Assembly (NCBI RefSeq): GCF_001194135.2
Contig: NC_068982.1
Coordinates: 45,359,503-45,423,502, forward strand
DNA from: Octopus bimaculoides
Taxonomy: Eukaryota
Direction of reading: 5' to 3'
DNA length: 64,000 bases
Both the position numbers and the translations under genes were made by a program. The notes under the pieces were generated by a model that was not told the origin of the DNA, made no database searches, and saw only the letters and a list, made by a program, of their open reading frames with translations. This document shows positions 12,801-28,000 of the stretch, piece after piece (within the stretch, counting starts at the first letter, position 1; each line of letters starts with the position of its first letter).

Positions 12801-15800
12801 GCCAGGAACCAAACGAAAGAGGTAGAACAGAATGTAAACAAGAGCATCGGTTGGGATATTTTCCATATTTTCCAAGTTAATAAATGTGGGGATTTTGTGG
12901 AGTCAGCACATCAAACCAAAACAGTGGCAAAACGGGATTCTTATGTTTTATCATTTACTTGTTTCAGTCATTGGACTGTGGCCATGCTGGGGCACTGTCT
13001 CGAAGGGGTTAGTAAAATAAATTGATCCCAGGACTACTTTTTTTTTAAGAGTGGTAATTATTCAACCCATACTAGCATGGAAGGTGGACGTTAAACAATG
13101 ATGATGATGATGTGATGGTCCATATTGTCACTTAGTTGTCTGATTGCCATATAGCTTGGCATATTTAACAATTCATAGCTTTTAATTTGTGATTGTGGTT
13201 AGGTGGGAACTGGATTATTTGGTCTGACTGCATGCTGCTTCCAAATAAAACCAACTACAATATTCAGATCATATTAGCATGTATATTTACAAACTGATGT
13301 TACAATTAATTTACAATACCAGTAGCTGGTGTGTAAGAATGCATGCTTGGCAAGAGGTGAAAGTGATATGTGTTTGTGCTTGGCAAGAGGTGATCTTTCT
13401 AACATGAGGCTGGAGTGGCAATGCTGTCAGCTAACCAAGAAAATCTCTCTGAATCCTCTGCCTTGTGCATCTTAATTTATAACCATGATTTCTTTGTGAA
13501 ACTGCTTGGACTTTTCCATTAGTCTTTACAATACACAAATGTATCAATAATGACTGGCTGAATAATGGGCCAAGATCACCGAATGAGGATAGTCACCACC
13601 AAATATGGAAACTTGATGCACTGTGACCTCTGCTCATTACTGAACTGGCAAGGTTTTGAATGCTGATTACTGCTGTGTGTTTGTCTTCTGTGCATAGTTG
13701 CAATTGGTTGTATAATGTCTTTTACCAGCTGAATCGCTAAACTGACAGATAAAAGATGGTGTCCATTTCTGTGAAACTTGTGTCTGTTTACATATGATGT
13801 GTGTGAAACATCACTAAACAAAAGATATGATGTCCAGTTACCATTGTTGGTAAACCCTTCTAATCGCTCCTTACTGGAGAATATCCAACATATAACAAAA
13901 CTAATAATCATGATAATCATACTTCCTGGGATATATTTATTACAAGTGAATACTAACTGTAGGTTTAGGACTTAAATCAACTGTTAAACTTTATTCTACA
14001 ACTTGACTTTCAGTAATAAGATGCAGGATTTTTGGGGGGATTTTTTTTTCAGTAAAAGTAAAAGTATGTGCAGAAAAAAAAAAAAAAAACCCAAATAAAA
14101 ATGTAAATTGCTCTCTTTTAAATTTATTCAACACATAACATTTGTTGAGGGAATCATTTTAATTAACCAAAAAAATAAAAGAAAGAAAAAATACAAAAAT
14201 ACCCCAAAATGGAATTTGAATGTTTGATTTGGGAGAACTTGTAAGATAAGTAGAGGTCATAATTTGGGGCAGCGATTTTAAGTCAACCTGATTATAACAT
14301 TTATTTATTCTGAATGGAAGAATAGCAAAGTTAGCTTTAATAAAATTTAAATTTAGAATGCTATAGGATGTGACTAAATATCTCATAGCAGCCTTTTAGC
14401 AATGTCATAGTAAGAGATAAAGTGCTGTTGAGAGTCAACGTCACCATTTATTTTTTGGGAGGCTGATAAAATTCTAATGAAGTATTGCTGTTATATAATG
14501 TGCTTTCAATTCAATTCTGGGGACTGGTATTTATGCTAAAAATCCTCGTTATAAGATACAAGTAACTTTAAACAACCTTTTTATAAGTGAAACTCATGTA
14601 TTTGTGTACTATAAAGAAAAGAGCATAAGAATTCAACTTAATTATTTTCTCCTTCTTTTTTCAGTAACAATACGCATATTCCTTTTAAATGAAACAATGC
14701 ATATTAACAAGTACCAAGTGCTGGTAACTTTAAAGGTAACTATCTTAAATTAGTTTCTAATGTTGTTTGTTATTTTGGGCAATTGTCAATTGAGTTTTGT
14801 TTGAAATGTTAACTTTTTACGTTTTTATTTAATGTGACCAATGCAATTTAAATTCTTGGACAATGAACTACTGACATTACTTCTTTTTCCAAGAAAAACA
14901 ACATAGAACACATGCACAAGTCAGAATTACATAGCGTAATTAAGGAGAGGATTAACCTTTACGAGGTACAAATCAACTTTGTTTCAGGAAGAAGTACTGC
15001 TGTTGTTGTCTCATTAGTGAGACAACTGTCTAGCATCTGTTGATATGGTGAAGACTTGACAGAGTTCCGTGCTCTATATTCTGGTGGTCACTAAGGGAAC
15101 TAGGAATTGTTTATTTTTAGAATTACATTGTAGGGTAGGTTTGAGAGGCCAAATTTGGCTAGTTTGAACATAAAACAGGGAGAATATTTGGGCCAGATAT
15201 GACCGATTTAAATGCTAAAGTGTTAAAAAATGTTGTCATGTGATTGGGGTAGTTTTGGTTAGTGATCCTCAAATTAATGAATACTAGCCCCCACACAACT
15301 AAAATATTAAGGAAATACTTTGCCTATCCCTGCCAATTATTAATGAGAAGATAAAATAAATTTTGCATCTATATACTTCTTAAGATTATTAAAGATAGTA
15401 ATTTATGCCATTCCTTTTCAATCTTTACAACATCCCATTCCTTGTCCCTTACCATGGGAAACGCTGGTTGAGGTCACTATACACAGTTTATTCATGATTT
15501 TTAAAAATTCGATGTGACAGATGACATGTAGTGCCTAGAGCAATAGGTGTAAGTTAAAGCATCCAGAAATGGTGATGGAAGATTGAGATTGTGAAGAAGT
15601 GCATATTCTAAATAACATATGTTTTCAAGCTTTAAAAAATATGAAAAATGTGATAAGATTTAAGGATGACATCAAATTTAGCTGGAATGGTTATGTAATC
15701 AAAATGGATTTTTTTTTAATGAAATTAGTTTTTAGTAACTAGGTACAGGCATGACTGTGTGGTTAAGAAGCTTGCTTTGCAACCACATGGTTTTAGGTTC

Positions 15801-15911
15801 AGTCTCACTGTATGGCACTTTGGGCAAGTGTCTTGTACTATAGCCCTAGATTGACCAATGCTTTGTGAGTGAATTTGGTAGACAGAAACTGTGTGAAAGC
15901 TTGTCATACAC

Positions 15912-15951
<40 letters not shown>

Positions 15952-16620
15952 AAGTTTGTATTAGTCCCACACACTGCTTGACAACTGGTGTTGGTTTATT
16001 TATGTCATTGTAACTTAGCAGTGCCCCAGTATGGCTACAGTCCAATACCTGAAATAAGTAAAAGATGAAGGATAAATCACTGACACCATAATTATAAATT
16101 TTTGGTGCCTTTTGATGTCAAGAAAGACTCAGTTATCTCAAGCATTTCAACAAGCAAATGATAAATTCCATCCTTAACTTCCTTATATTTCAATTTTGCA
16201 CAATAAAGGCAGCATTATTTGTTTTAGCCAGTCTACATTTCTCAGTTAAATGTTTATCATATAAAAATATTATTTTAAAATATCACAAAGAATAAATTAT
16301 TTTGTCTAAATTATATGAAAGTGTGATATAAAACTTTCCCCAAAAATATATGTTTTGGAATTTCTATTTTATTTTTTAAATATTTATTTTCAGGATCCAT
16401 CTAATACTGCAGTTTATTCGAATATTTTTTATGAAACTTCTCCATATTTAAGACTAGCTTATTTGTTGAACTCATCGGCCCCGTTTGGTCTTTGGACTGT
16501 TTCTGTGAAATATCTTGGAAGACATCTTGAGGTAAATAAACTTTTCTCTTATTTCTTCTTCAAAATACAAGGTGGGCCTAAAGTCATGCACCAAACGTTT
16601 TCCATTTTATTTATATTACC

Positions 16621-16708
<88 letters not shown>

Positions 16709-18292
16709 GGTGGTGAGCTGCCAGAATTGTTAGCACACCAGGCAAAATGCTGCAGAGCATTTTGTCTGTCTTTATGTTCTGAGTTCAAATTCTGCTGAGG
16801 TCAAGGTCAACTTTACCTTTCATCCTTTTTTGGGGTTGATAGAATAAGTACCAGTTGTGTACTGGAGTCAGTTGAGTATTGGGATTGATATAATCGACTA
16901 GCCCCCTTCTCTAAATTTGCTGACCATGTGCCAAAATATGAAACCATTACTATTACTATTATTATTATTGAGTGACAGAGCAGTGCATGCCATCAAAGTG
17001 ACACGGGTAAAATACATGAAACCCAGTATACCCATCATGACTACCCATATGATATGGGTACACCAGGCACATTCATCACAACCATATGTACGTGATATGG
17101 TGATCTCATATCAAGATAAACAATGCATGACCTTGCAGGTGGGGCCCAGTTAGAATTTTCTTCAGTTTGAGTAGTCCATCCTGCTCAAAAGGTTACTAAA
17201 TAAGAGTTGTTTAAGGATGTTGAACGAAACACCTATGTTTCCAAAGGTGAATTATCCAAACCCCAAAGAATTCCTCTTAGCATATGGCTAAGATGCTCCC
17301 CCACTACTACCACCACCACCACCACCACCACCGCCCCCNNNNNNNNNNNNNNNNNNNNNNNNNNNNNNNNNNNNNNNNNNNNNNNNNNNNNNNNNNNNNN
17401 NNNNNNNNNNNNNNNNNNNNNNNNNNNNNNNNNNNNNNNNNCCTTAGGCAAATGAATCGACCCCAGAACTTATTTTTGTTTTTTTCTTTTTTTAAAGCCT
17501 GGTACTTATTCTATCGAACCCTTTTACTGAACTGCTAAGTTACAGGGGTCTAAGCACACCAACACTGGTTGTCAAACAGTGGAGGGGGACAAACACAAAC
17601 CCAAAGACACACACATATATAGATATATGTACATATATTACAATGGGCTTCTTTCAGTTTCCATCTACCAAATCCACTCACAAGGCTTTGGTCGGCCTGA
17701 GGCTACAGTGGAAGACACTTGCTCAAAGTGACATGCAGTGGAACTGAACCTGGAACTATATGGTCGGGAAGCAATCTTATCACACAGCAATACTATTAGG
17801 TTTTATTATATAAATATTGTATTATAATTAAGTGGTGACATAAATTATATTATACAAAAGGGATGATATAAATTATTATATTATACAGAAAAGGTGTTAC
17901 TTCACAGTTCACTGACTATACTGTTAAGAAAACATGAGTATTTCCTTAATATGATAAGGAAATATGTGGGAAATATTTTTCTAAATTCTCTCAAATCTTT
18001 TTTGGAACATTAATACTGAGTTACATGGAGATCTTATTTCACCTTTACATTAAAGTTTTCATGAACTCTGCTATAAAAAGAGTGAGAAAATGTATTTCCT
18101 CTACACTCCCTCAGAGCAGAGAGGAAGTCTGATGAGAGTTGCAAGATAGGGAGAGTAGGTGGGTGCTAGCAGAAGAAAGACGATGTTTCATAACTTTAAT
18201 TACTGGTCCTTTCTAATCTCCATCATCCCTATGCTAACCACAATACCCAATCCTTTCTTCTTAGAAATGCCACCTCTCATCATCAACATCAT

Positions 18293-18331
<39 letters not shown>

Positions 18332-21300
18332 TATCATTTAATGGATGTTAAATGATGATGATGTTCTTGTAATCTAAAAAAAAGAATTTCATGATGTACT
18401 TTTCTCTATGGTTACGAACAATAATAATAACATTACAAAAACATATATTTGCCACTTAAATGTGGCTGACCCCTAAGGGTGGATGTTACTGTTGCTTTTA
18501 GCCCCAGGAGAACATCTCCTCCAGCTGGCTATCGACACACATCTGTGTCCTGAATGTATTTGCAAAGGGAAGTTATCCTTCCCATCTTGATCTGCAATGC
18601 CAGCTGGAGGAGATGTTCTCTTGGGGCTAAAAGCAACAGTAACATCCACCCTTAAGGGTCAGCGACATTTAAGTGGCAAATATACTTCACCTTGTCGTGC
18701 TGTTACTGTTAATACCTCGTTCAGAGATTTAACATTGATTACAAAAACATCTTATGCATTTACTAATTTCTTGGTAACTTGAAGATGGTGAGCTGACAGA
18801 ATCATTAGCATGATGGTCAAAATACTTAGCAGCATTTTGTCTGTCCTTACATTCTGAGTTCAAGTTCCACCGGTGTCAACTGTGCCTTTCAAGTTTTCAG
18901 GGTTGATAAAATAAGTGCAAACCAAACAGTGGGGGTTGATGTAATAGACTTACCCCCTCCCCTGAAATTGCTGGCCTTGTGCCAAAATTTGAAACTAATT
19001 TGTAGGTAACTTAAGAAATAAAATCTTTATTTTCCTTGCTTCAATTGCAAGAAAATTCTACCCTGATCTGCTGCAAATGTGTTAGTTCACTTATCAAATT
19101 CTCCATCAGTCAGGCTGGTCATCTATTTGGACATGTATGTGCAGGTCTAGCAATGCTTTCTCAGGGAAACTGGGAAGTTGCTCATATATGCAAGTCTCCT
19201 ATCTCCATTCCACGTGTGTTCATCCAAGGGAAAGACTGCTAATGAGGCTGATACAGCTTGTCATCAGTGTTGTCTCAGGTGTTGTTGTTGGAATGCAAGA
19301 AACTGAAACAGCTACCACAGGGCATCTTGGCTAACTCTCTAATAGTTCTGACAATACACTGCACTAGTTTGTTTTGTTTTTACTGTTCCTGAAAGAATAA
19401 AAGGCAAAGTTGATGGCAGCAGGATTTGAACTCAGAGCGCAGACAGCCAGAATAAATAGCACAAGGCATTCTATTCACCACTCTAACAACTCTGTCAATT
19501 CACAGCTGGAGGGGAAATGAAAACTGTGAATGTGTAAATGAGTTCTAACTCAACTGAAATACTTTGTCATTGAATATAAAAGCAAAGAAGGTGACGAGCT
19601 GGCAGAAATGTTAGGATACCGGATGAAATGCTTAGCAGTATTTCGTCAGTCTTTACATTCTGAGTTCAAATTCTGCCGAGGTCGACTTTGCTTTTATCTT
19701 TTCGGGGTCGATAAATTAAGTACCAGTTGCATACTGAGGTCGATCTAATCGACTGACCCTTTCCTCCCAACAAAATTTCAGGCCTTGTGCCTAGAGTAGA
19801 AAAGAATATAAAAGCAGGGCTTATTAGAGAACTTAATGGATCAATCTGTTACTCTTTTACTCTTTTACTTGTTTCAGTCTTTTGACTGTGGCCATGCTGG
19901 AGCACTAGAAAAAGAAGAAAAAAATGTAGATCACTTTAACTATTTGAACTTGAAATTACCATCTAAAACATTTGAAAGCGTGGAAGTAGTAATATTTTAC
20001 AATTCTCAGAATTAGTGAAATATGAGTACTTCCTAGATGATGAGAAATATTGTTGGGTGCGAGCGGGAGATGGTTTCAGTATCTAATATGTGTAGGAGGT
20101 AAGTCCTTAGTAATCTCTTCAGGAATATTGACGCTGGGTGGCAAGAGTATCTTATTTCAGCTTTTCATCACAGCTTTTTATGAATTTTTACCACAATGTA
20201 AATGAGGTTCTGTATTTCCTGAACACTCCCTCAGAGCTAGAAGAAAGGTTCAGATCAGAATATTTTGACTATGAACAAAATTTTAAGAGGGAAGATAGAG
20301 GTTTCATGCTTGAAGTAACTACCTTATTTAAAATATTTTAACACTTGCAAATTTTAAGTTGATGTTTGAAATGAACTTGTTGAAACTAAGTGAAATTAAC
20401 ATATTTTATTAAGTCAACAGAACACATTCTAAGAATAATTGAACTGTATTTTTATTTGATTTGAGTTAATCAGATTGGTCACAAAATTAAAAATTCTTTC
20501 ATTTTCCTTTTCATTAAATATTTTTATGTATGATGCTTTATGCAAAATAGTTGATTTATTAGAATTTAAAAAAAAACCCCACTTAACACCAAGGAAGTGA
20601 TTAATAGCTTACATAAAAACAGAGCCACTTATAATAAAAAGAATTTTGGATTCATCTACTCCAAATAGAATATACATGATGTGTTTTTCTATAAAGTTAC
20701 TATGGTTACATGAAGAGGAAGGAGAGCTGTGCCTATGATCTTCACTGCACCTCAAAGACTAATATAACTGAATGTGATTATGTTTACCGTAAAAGGTTTT
20801 TAATTTAATGATGGAACAAAAATTCCAGAGAGGTGACATTTCTAAGAGGAAAGGATTGGGTATTGTGGTTAGCATAGGGATGATGGAGGTTAGAAGGGAC
20901 CAGTAGTTAGAGTTATCCTGATATCTGAGAAACTATCATGTAGTCTACACACAAATAAAACTAAAAAACAAGTTACTACAAATGCTAGGTCTGATGATCT
21001 CTCATAATGTCCTCTGGCAAATTTCACAAACATGAAATACTAAACATTGTGTTAAAAGACTAATCCTTTCCTTCTGGGTCAGCCAATGCTTCAGCTCTGG
21101 ACAGTTGGTGACTTACTACTAAGCTTGTGTGACACTCGCAAAAGAAAAATAAACCTATATTAAGAACAGTTTGGCTCCTGCACATGTGAATATTCAAGAA
21201 AAACATGTAGTTGATTGTCCCACTGCATATTAACCTTGGGCAAGTATCTTCTACTATAGTTCCTGGCTGATGAAACTCTTGTGAGTGGATTTGATCAGCA

Positions 21301-22049
21301 AAAACTGAAAGAAACCCATTGCGTATATATGTGTGTATGTGTATGTGAGTGTGAGTGAGTGTGTGTGTATCTATGTGTGTGTGTATCTATGTGTGTGTGT
21401 ATCTATGTGTGTGTGTATCTATGTGTGTGTGTATCTATGTGTGTGTGTATCTATGTGTGTGTGTATCTATGTGTGTGTGTTTGTCCCCCCTCTCACCACC
21501 ACTCCTTGACAACTGATGTTGGTTTGTTTACATTCCTATCACTTAGTGGTTTGGCAAAAGACACTGACAGAATAAGTACCAGACGTAAAAATAAGTACTG
21601 GAGTTAATATATTTGACTAAAACCCTTCAAAGCAGTGTCCCAGCATGGCTGCAGTCCAATGACTTAAGCAAGTAAAAGATAAAAATTTGTACACCAACAC
21701 ACCTCAGCCTCTAGTTTACAGATCTATTGCCTTTCAGCCTGTTTCTTTTACCTCTGTTAAACTAGCCTCAGTTTACACTTCCACCCTTATATATTCTCTG
21801 GAAGCATGCCACAAAGGTTACTTGTAGCAAATTTAGAATACTTCTATGTAATTTGTATGCTATACATGATTATAACTGATTAGAAATATTAAGATCTTTG
21901 TAATAAGTAAGCAACTAAAAAAAAAAAATTAATAAATATGTTCAGTCCCACTGCCATGGCACCTTGGGCAAGTGTCTTCTACTATAGCCTCAGGTTGACC
22001 AAAACCTTGTGAATGGATTTGGTAGATGGGAAACTGAAAGAAGCCCATC

Positions 22050-22081
<32 letters not shown>

Positions 22082-25000
22082 TTGTGTGTTTGTCTCTCCA
22101 ACATCGCTTGACAACCAATGCTGGTGTGTTTATGTTCCCGTAACTTAGTTGAAAATTTTTTTGGCCAATGACCACTTCATGGATCCTAAGTAGTGCATGT
22201 GTAAAATCTGAATGAAATTGGTTGGGTACTTCTTGAGTTTTAGTGATGCACACAGACAGACAGACACACATTCTCAGTTTTATATATATAGATTAATATC
22301 GTTTTGATATTAATGAATTTTGATATCGTGAATTATCTCATAGCTTTGAGTTTTCAATGATGTGATTGTTCATTTTTAGAATGAAATTGTAGGGTAAATG
22401 TGAGGGGCTTTGGCCAGTTTGAACATAAAATAGGTAGAATATTTTGACTGGATATGGATGGTCTAAATGCTAAAAGAGTTAAAGAATAATGGAATGTATC
22501 TTAGAAATAAATAAATACATTTTTTTAATAATAATTGAAAGAGAAATGCATATAAGGTATTTTATTATACAGTAGTCCATTTTAACCCTTCAGTACTCAG
22601 ATTATTCTGTCAAATGTAATGTTTATGTATATTGTTTTGAATCAATCATGTATTTTCTTGTAGCATCAAGATTTCAGTGATGTGAGTGTATATATTTAGG
22701 TTGACAATACAGGGTAGGTGTGAGAGGCCGGAAATAGCCAGTTTTAACGTAAAACGTATAAAATATTCAGGCCAGATATGGTCAGTTTAAATTCTAAATG
22801 GTTTTCAAAAGGGCCAAAATCTACCCTGACCTGCTATAGAAGAGTTCTCAGCTGGAAAAAAAGAACACTGCTGTCTTCCTCAATGCACATGGAAACCAAG
22901 GCTTATGAAAGAACTTAACAAATCAATCTGTTATTTAGCAAAAAAAGTAGATTGCTTTAACAATTAGCACATATATGTATGTATTCATTAGTTTTCTTAT
23001 TAATTTATAAGGTATTTTCTATTTTAGTTACTTAAAGAAAAGAGTTCAACGTTTATGGTTCAAGAATATAGTAAGTATAATTTGTTGCCTTCATCAATTC
23101 TGTGACTAAATTAAAATAAGTAGATATAGTAATTAGAATTAGGCATTTAAACAACCATATGTTCATATATGTGCATGTCATCTACATTTGTGTAACAGAA
23201 AACTACAGTAAGCATAAGATACAGTGTGAAATATCAGATAAAAATGTTTCAAAGTGTTACCTCTCAGTGAAGATACTCTTATCCTATTTTCACAGCCCAG
23301 GTTAACTTCAGCAGACCCACAATATGAGAATTTTCCATTAAATGCTTCATAATGAACTAGTGCTACAATACACCTGTTTTTCTGGTGATCTGTGTTGGCA
23401 AGAAATATATTAAATGAAAAAAAGTGGCAGAAAGAATACAGAAAAATTGCTGTGGGGAATGGAATATCCAACATTGTGGACAGAGTTGTTTTTCAAGGTG
23501 AAGTTGACAGAAGGAAAATGAAGGATTGCAGAGTTTCAGAGGATGTAAAAGTTTATTGTCTTTCTTTTATGGCCCTCCCATCAGCTTTACTCTGAAGAAA
23601 GTCTCTGTTCAAAATTATTTTAAATATTCTATCCCTATGGTGATTTCACTGTACTCTTTTTATGGCATTTTCTAAATCGGTAACAGTAGTAATGAAGCAA
23701 TTTTCAGTCCAATGCATTATCCAGTGCTTGGAAATAAAAAGCATTTAATAAACACATGTAGTATGTGAATTTTATGTAAGCAAGCAATGTTTCATGCACC
23801 CTAGCCTACAGTAATTAACTGATTGTTAATGTTGGAGATATTTTTGTGTTTGTGCATATTTTAGAGAGTTTTAGGAGCTGTTGTTGAGAAATGTTACGTA
23901 TTTATACATGGTTATATGGTTAACAAGTTTGTTTTGTGGCCAAGTGGTTTTGAGTTGAGTCCCACTGCACATCACCTTTGGCAAGTGTCCACTACTAGCC
24001 TTGAGTCAACCAATACTTTGTGAGTGAATCTGGCAGATGAAAACTGTGTGGAAGCCCTTTGTGTTTCATATACATGTGTGTGTATGTATATGTATATATG
24101 TATGTGTGTATATATATGTACGTGTGTGTAAGTATATATGTGCGTGTGTGTGTGCATGTGTATGTATGTGTGTGGGAATGTGTTTTTGTATTTGTTTCCC
24201 TCCTCCTACTATTACTTGACATCCTGTGTTAGTTTGTTTTCATTTTCATAACTTACAACATGGCAAAAAAAAAAAATCTACTGATAGAATAAATACCAGA
24301 CTTAAAAAAGAGTACTGGGATTGATTTCTTTGACTAAACCCTTCAATGCAGTGCCCCAGTATGGTCGCAGTCCAATGATTAGAACAAGAAGAGATTCGAG
24401 TATTTAAGAATAGACTCTGTTATTTACAGTCTACTCCTACAATAGATATTTTGGAACAGCACAAGCTAAACTAAGATAAGATTATCATTAATTGTATCTC
24501 TTTCCTATGAATATTAGCCACTACAGCAAACACAGGCATGACTAACTTTACTTTATAGTTATGAAATCCTCAATTTGATCCCACTGTGGAGTGCAGCCTC
24601 AAGTAAACCCAAATCTTATGAGTGATAGTGGGTTGGCAGAAATTATGTTATTTTATTATAATTTAGTTTTTTTTCCACTTTAAGTTGTACCAAAGTTCCA
24701 ACTTGAGATTAATACAGAACCAAAGCTTATTGCAGAAGACACTGATGTTGTAAATGTGGCAGTATCTGCAAGGTAAGTTATTAATTAAACTTTTTCCATC
24801 TTCTAGTCTTGAGCAGAAGTGGTACCTGTGGCCATTCACTGGGCCTTCGGACCTGTGGGATGGAAGAAAGATGGGTTCCTTCACCCTTTAGCATTCAGAT
24901 TATTCTGTTAAATGTAATACTTATTAATTCAAATTGTTTTAAATTAATCATGCATTATCTCATTGCTTCAAGATTTTGATGATGTGATTGTTTAGTTTTA

Positions 25001-28000
25001 GAATGACATTGTAGCGTAAGTGTGGCCATTTGGAACATAAAGCAGATGGAATATTTTAACTGGATATGGCCAGTTTAAATGCTAGAGTTAAATCAGAAAC
25101 CTTGCTTAAATGCTTGCAACAGAATGGTCTTTGCTAAAGGTTTCCATGTTGCTCTACTGTGCCGTTAGATCACATGATGCATTAAATTTGTCATATAAGT
25201 AGGCTATAGATCATGGAGACAGTGATAAATAATTGAGACCTTTGGTGGTATACCATGCTTGAGAAGACCTGTCAAGCCATGTGAGATTGTAGTCATTCAT
25301 GGCCGATGCTGGTGTTGCATAACTGGCATGTAAAAAGCACCCACTACACTCTTGGAGTGGTTGGAGTTAGGAGGAGCATCCAGCCATAGAAACCATGCCA
25401 AATCAGATTGGAACCTGGTACAACTCTCCAGCTTACCAGTTTTTAGTCAAAATGTCCAACTCATGGCAACATGGAATATGGATGTTAAATGATGATGATA
25501 ATAGATTTGAACTCAGAAAGCCAAAACAAATACTGCCAGACATCTGCTTTGACTTTTTTTACAGCTCCATCAATCTGTCATCTTGGATCATACTTTTTAT
25601 GCATCTCAAAAGGATGAAATGTAAAGTTGACCAAAGCAGAATTAGAACTCAGAGAACAGAGATTCTGTACAAGTGACACAAAATATTCTATCTAATGCTC
25701 TTCTTTTTTTTTTTTTGTGCCTGTTTATCAGCTAATAGTCAAATTGTATCTGTTTTGTGCCAGACTTTGTAAATATCTGACCATCTCTGTTTCTCATTTT
25801 TTTTTCATTCTAGCTTTATACTTTCTCTTTCTTACTCTCATTCTCTCTATTCTCCTCTCCTTTCCCACCATTACATAAATATATGGTGGATTCTCTTAAC
25901 ATAGAAGACAAATGATAGTTCCTGCAATTTCTTGTTGAACAACCTGCACAGACTTGTTTATAGTGAACAAATATTTGTGCTGCATATCAGCTCATTCTCA
26001 CCACCAAATCAACATTTTCCTTGCATGCATGCATAGTGTACCACCTGTTAGAGCCAGATGTTGAAGTGATTGCAGAGCAATATTAAATGGAAAGGTTTGC
26101 TTAAGAACACAATGCACCACCCATAAGTACTAGACTTTAAAAATCAGTACTGAGGACAATTTATTTGACCAAATCCTTCAAGGCTGTGCCCCAGTATGGC
26201 CACAGTCCAAGGACTGAAACAAGTAAGAGACAAAAGACAAGCATTTTCTCTAAAACTCTAATGAGTTAGTTAATCTACCAATAACTACTGGGATCATTGC
26301 TATCAATGATTACATACACCTGTTGATATAGCAGTATGCTAATTACTGGTTGACTGAGAAAAATTCAGTTAATTTAATCCTTAAACCACTCTCATCATCA
26401 TCATTTAACATCTGCATTCCAAGCTGGCATGGGTTGGATGGTTTGACAGGAGCTGACCTGGCAGAAGACTGCACCAGACTTCTGTGTCTGTTTTGGCAGA
26501 GTTTTTATGGCTAGATGCCCTTCCTAACACCAACCACCCAGCAGAGTAGACTGAGTGCTTTTTATGTGGCACAAGCACAGGTGAGGTCAGTTTTGGCATG
26601 GTTTTTATAGCTGGATGCCCTTCTAAACACCAACCACTTTACAGTGTGGACTAGATGCTTTCTAAGTAGCAGTCCATGCAATTTTACATCGCTGATATGC
26701 TTTGAATGTAAATGTAGTTCACTCTTTTATCAGGAGAGATTTATTATATATTTACAATTTCACCCTGTTTTCAGTTGATAAATTGTACAAAATAATGATT
26801 TTTATATATTTCAGATACATGTACAATAAACCAGTAGTTGGCCAGGTGTATATGGAAGCTAGTTATGGCAGAAGTTACTTTGATTCAATGCAGGTAAAGT
26901 GTTTTACAATTATTCTAAGTTTGCTGAAGCTTTTATCCATCTACTTTACACCCAACAATTTATATCTTTGTTTGTTTTTGTGTCTGATTTTCATGTATTA
27001 ACATGGATTAGATGAATATATTGTTGAGACTTTGTATTTGCAGCTGGATACCTTTCCTGTCATTAATCCTTATCTGTTTTATAAGTAAGGGATCACTTAC
27101 CCTATACATCTTTGTAAGTGCAAAGTCAGTGGATGATGTGATGATAGGGGAAAAGAAAAAACAACAGCACTGCTTGTTGCTCAGCAAATGTAAACAAGCA
27201 TACAAACACATAAAATGAAATGATGTCACTTCCTCAATGGGTTTTCTTCTACTCTTGTTTTATTCTTGTCTTACCTTACTAGTGCCAGTGACGAAAAAAA
27301 AAAGTACCCAGTATATGCTGTAAGGTGGTAGGCATTGGAAAGGGCATCTAGCTATAGAAACCATGTCAAAGTTGACGTTGGAGCTTGGTGTAACCCTGCA
27401 GCTTGCCAGATACTGTTAAATCGTACTACCCATGCTAGTACAGAAAATGGATACTAAGTGATTGTTGTGGAGATTGCTAGCATCTAAATCTGTCCAATAG
27501 AAATTGCTGGCATGCGAATCTGTCCAATAGAATTGAATGGAAAGTTGTAGAACTCTCCAGAATGTTCTAATGGCTTACTGCTATATAAGCAGAGCTGGTA
27601 GAGGGGCGTTTCTCTTTTTGCCTTTGTCTTTCCTGTTATATACTGTTTGGGAGACAGATAATAAATCTATCTGGAGTATAACTGTGTTCTTCTTTGCAAG
27701 TGAACAAGAGAAGCACAACAGTGATGATGATTTTATATATATATATATTTATATAATATAGTTAGTATATAAGAGTTTATACATGGAGAGGACACCATCA
27801 TGTGGATTCCTTACAGGCTAGAAAGGGCAGTCAAAACCCAAACCACAAAAAAGATATTGTTACATTGTACGTTGCCTGTAGGACACTTAAATGAATAAAA
27901 ATCTCTGTTAACCCTATACCAATGAATTTCACCATTGATGATCAAATAAATCAATTAATTAGTAAATCAATTGACTAATTAACCATCTGTGGCTTGTCGC

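Noticed and set aside
13576-13920. 114-aa minus-strand ORF as a possible nested gene
   Set aside because: No recognisable domain or splice structure; at most a weak F-x-YL hint of a decayed LINE.
20710-20808. Short Cys-containing ORF (MKRKESCAYDLHCTSK...)
   Set aside because: About 32 codons, no good splice sites and no similarity to the expected MG2/MG3 sequence.
27488-27533. Twin aatctgtccaatagaa (CCAAT-containing) motifs 30 bp apart
   Set aside because: A short local duplication in an intron with no other promoter evidence.
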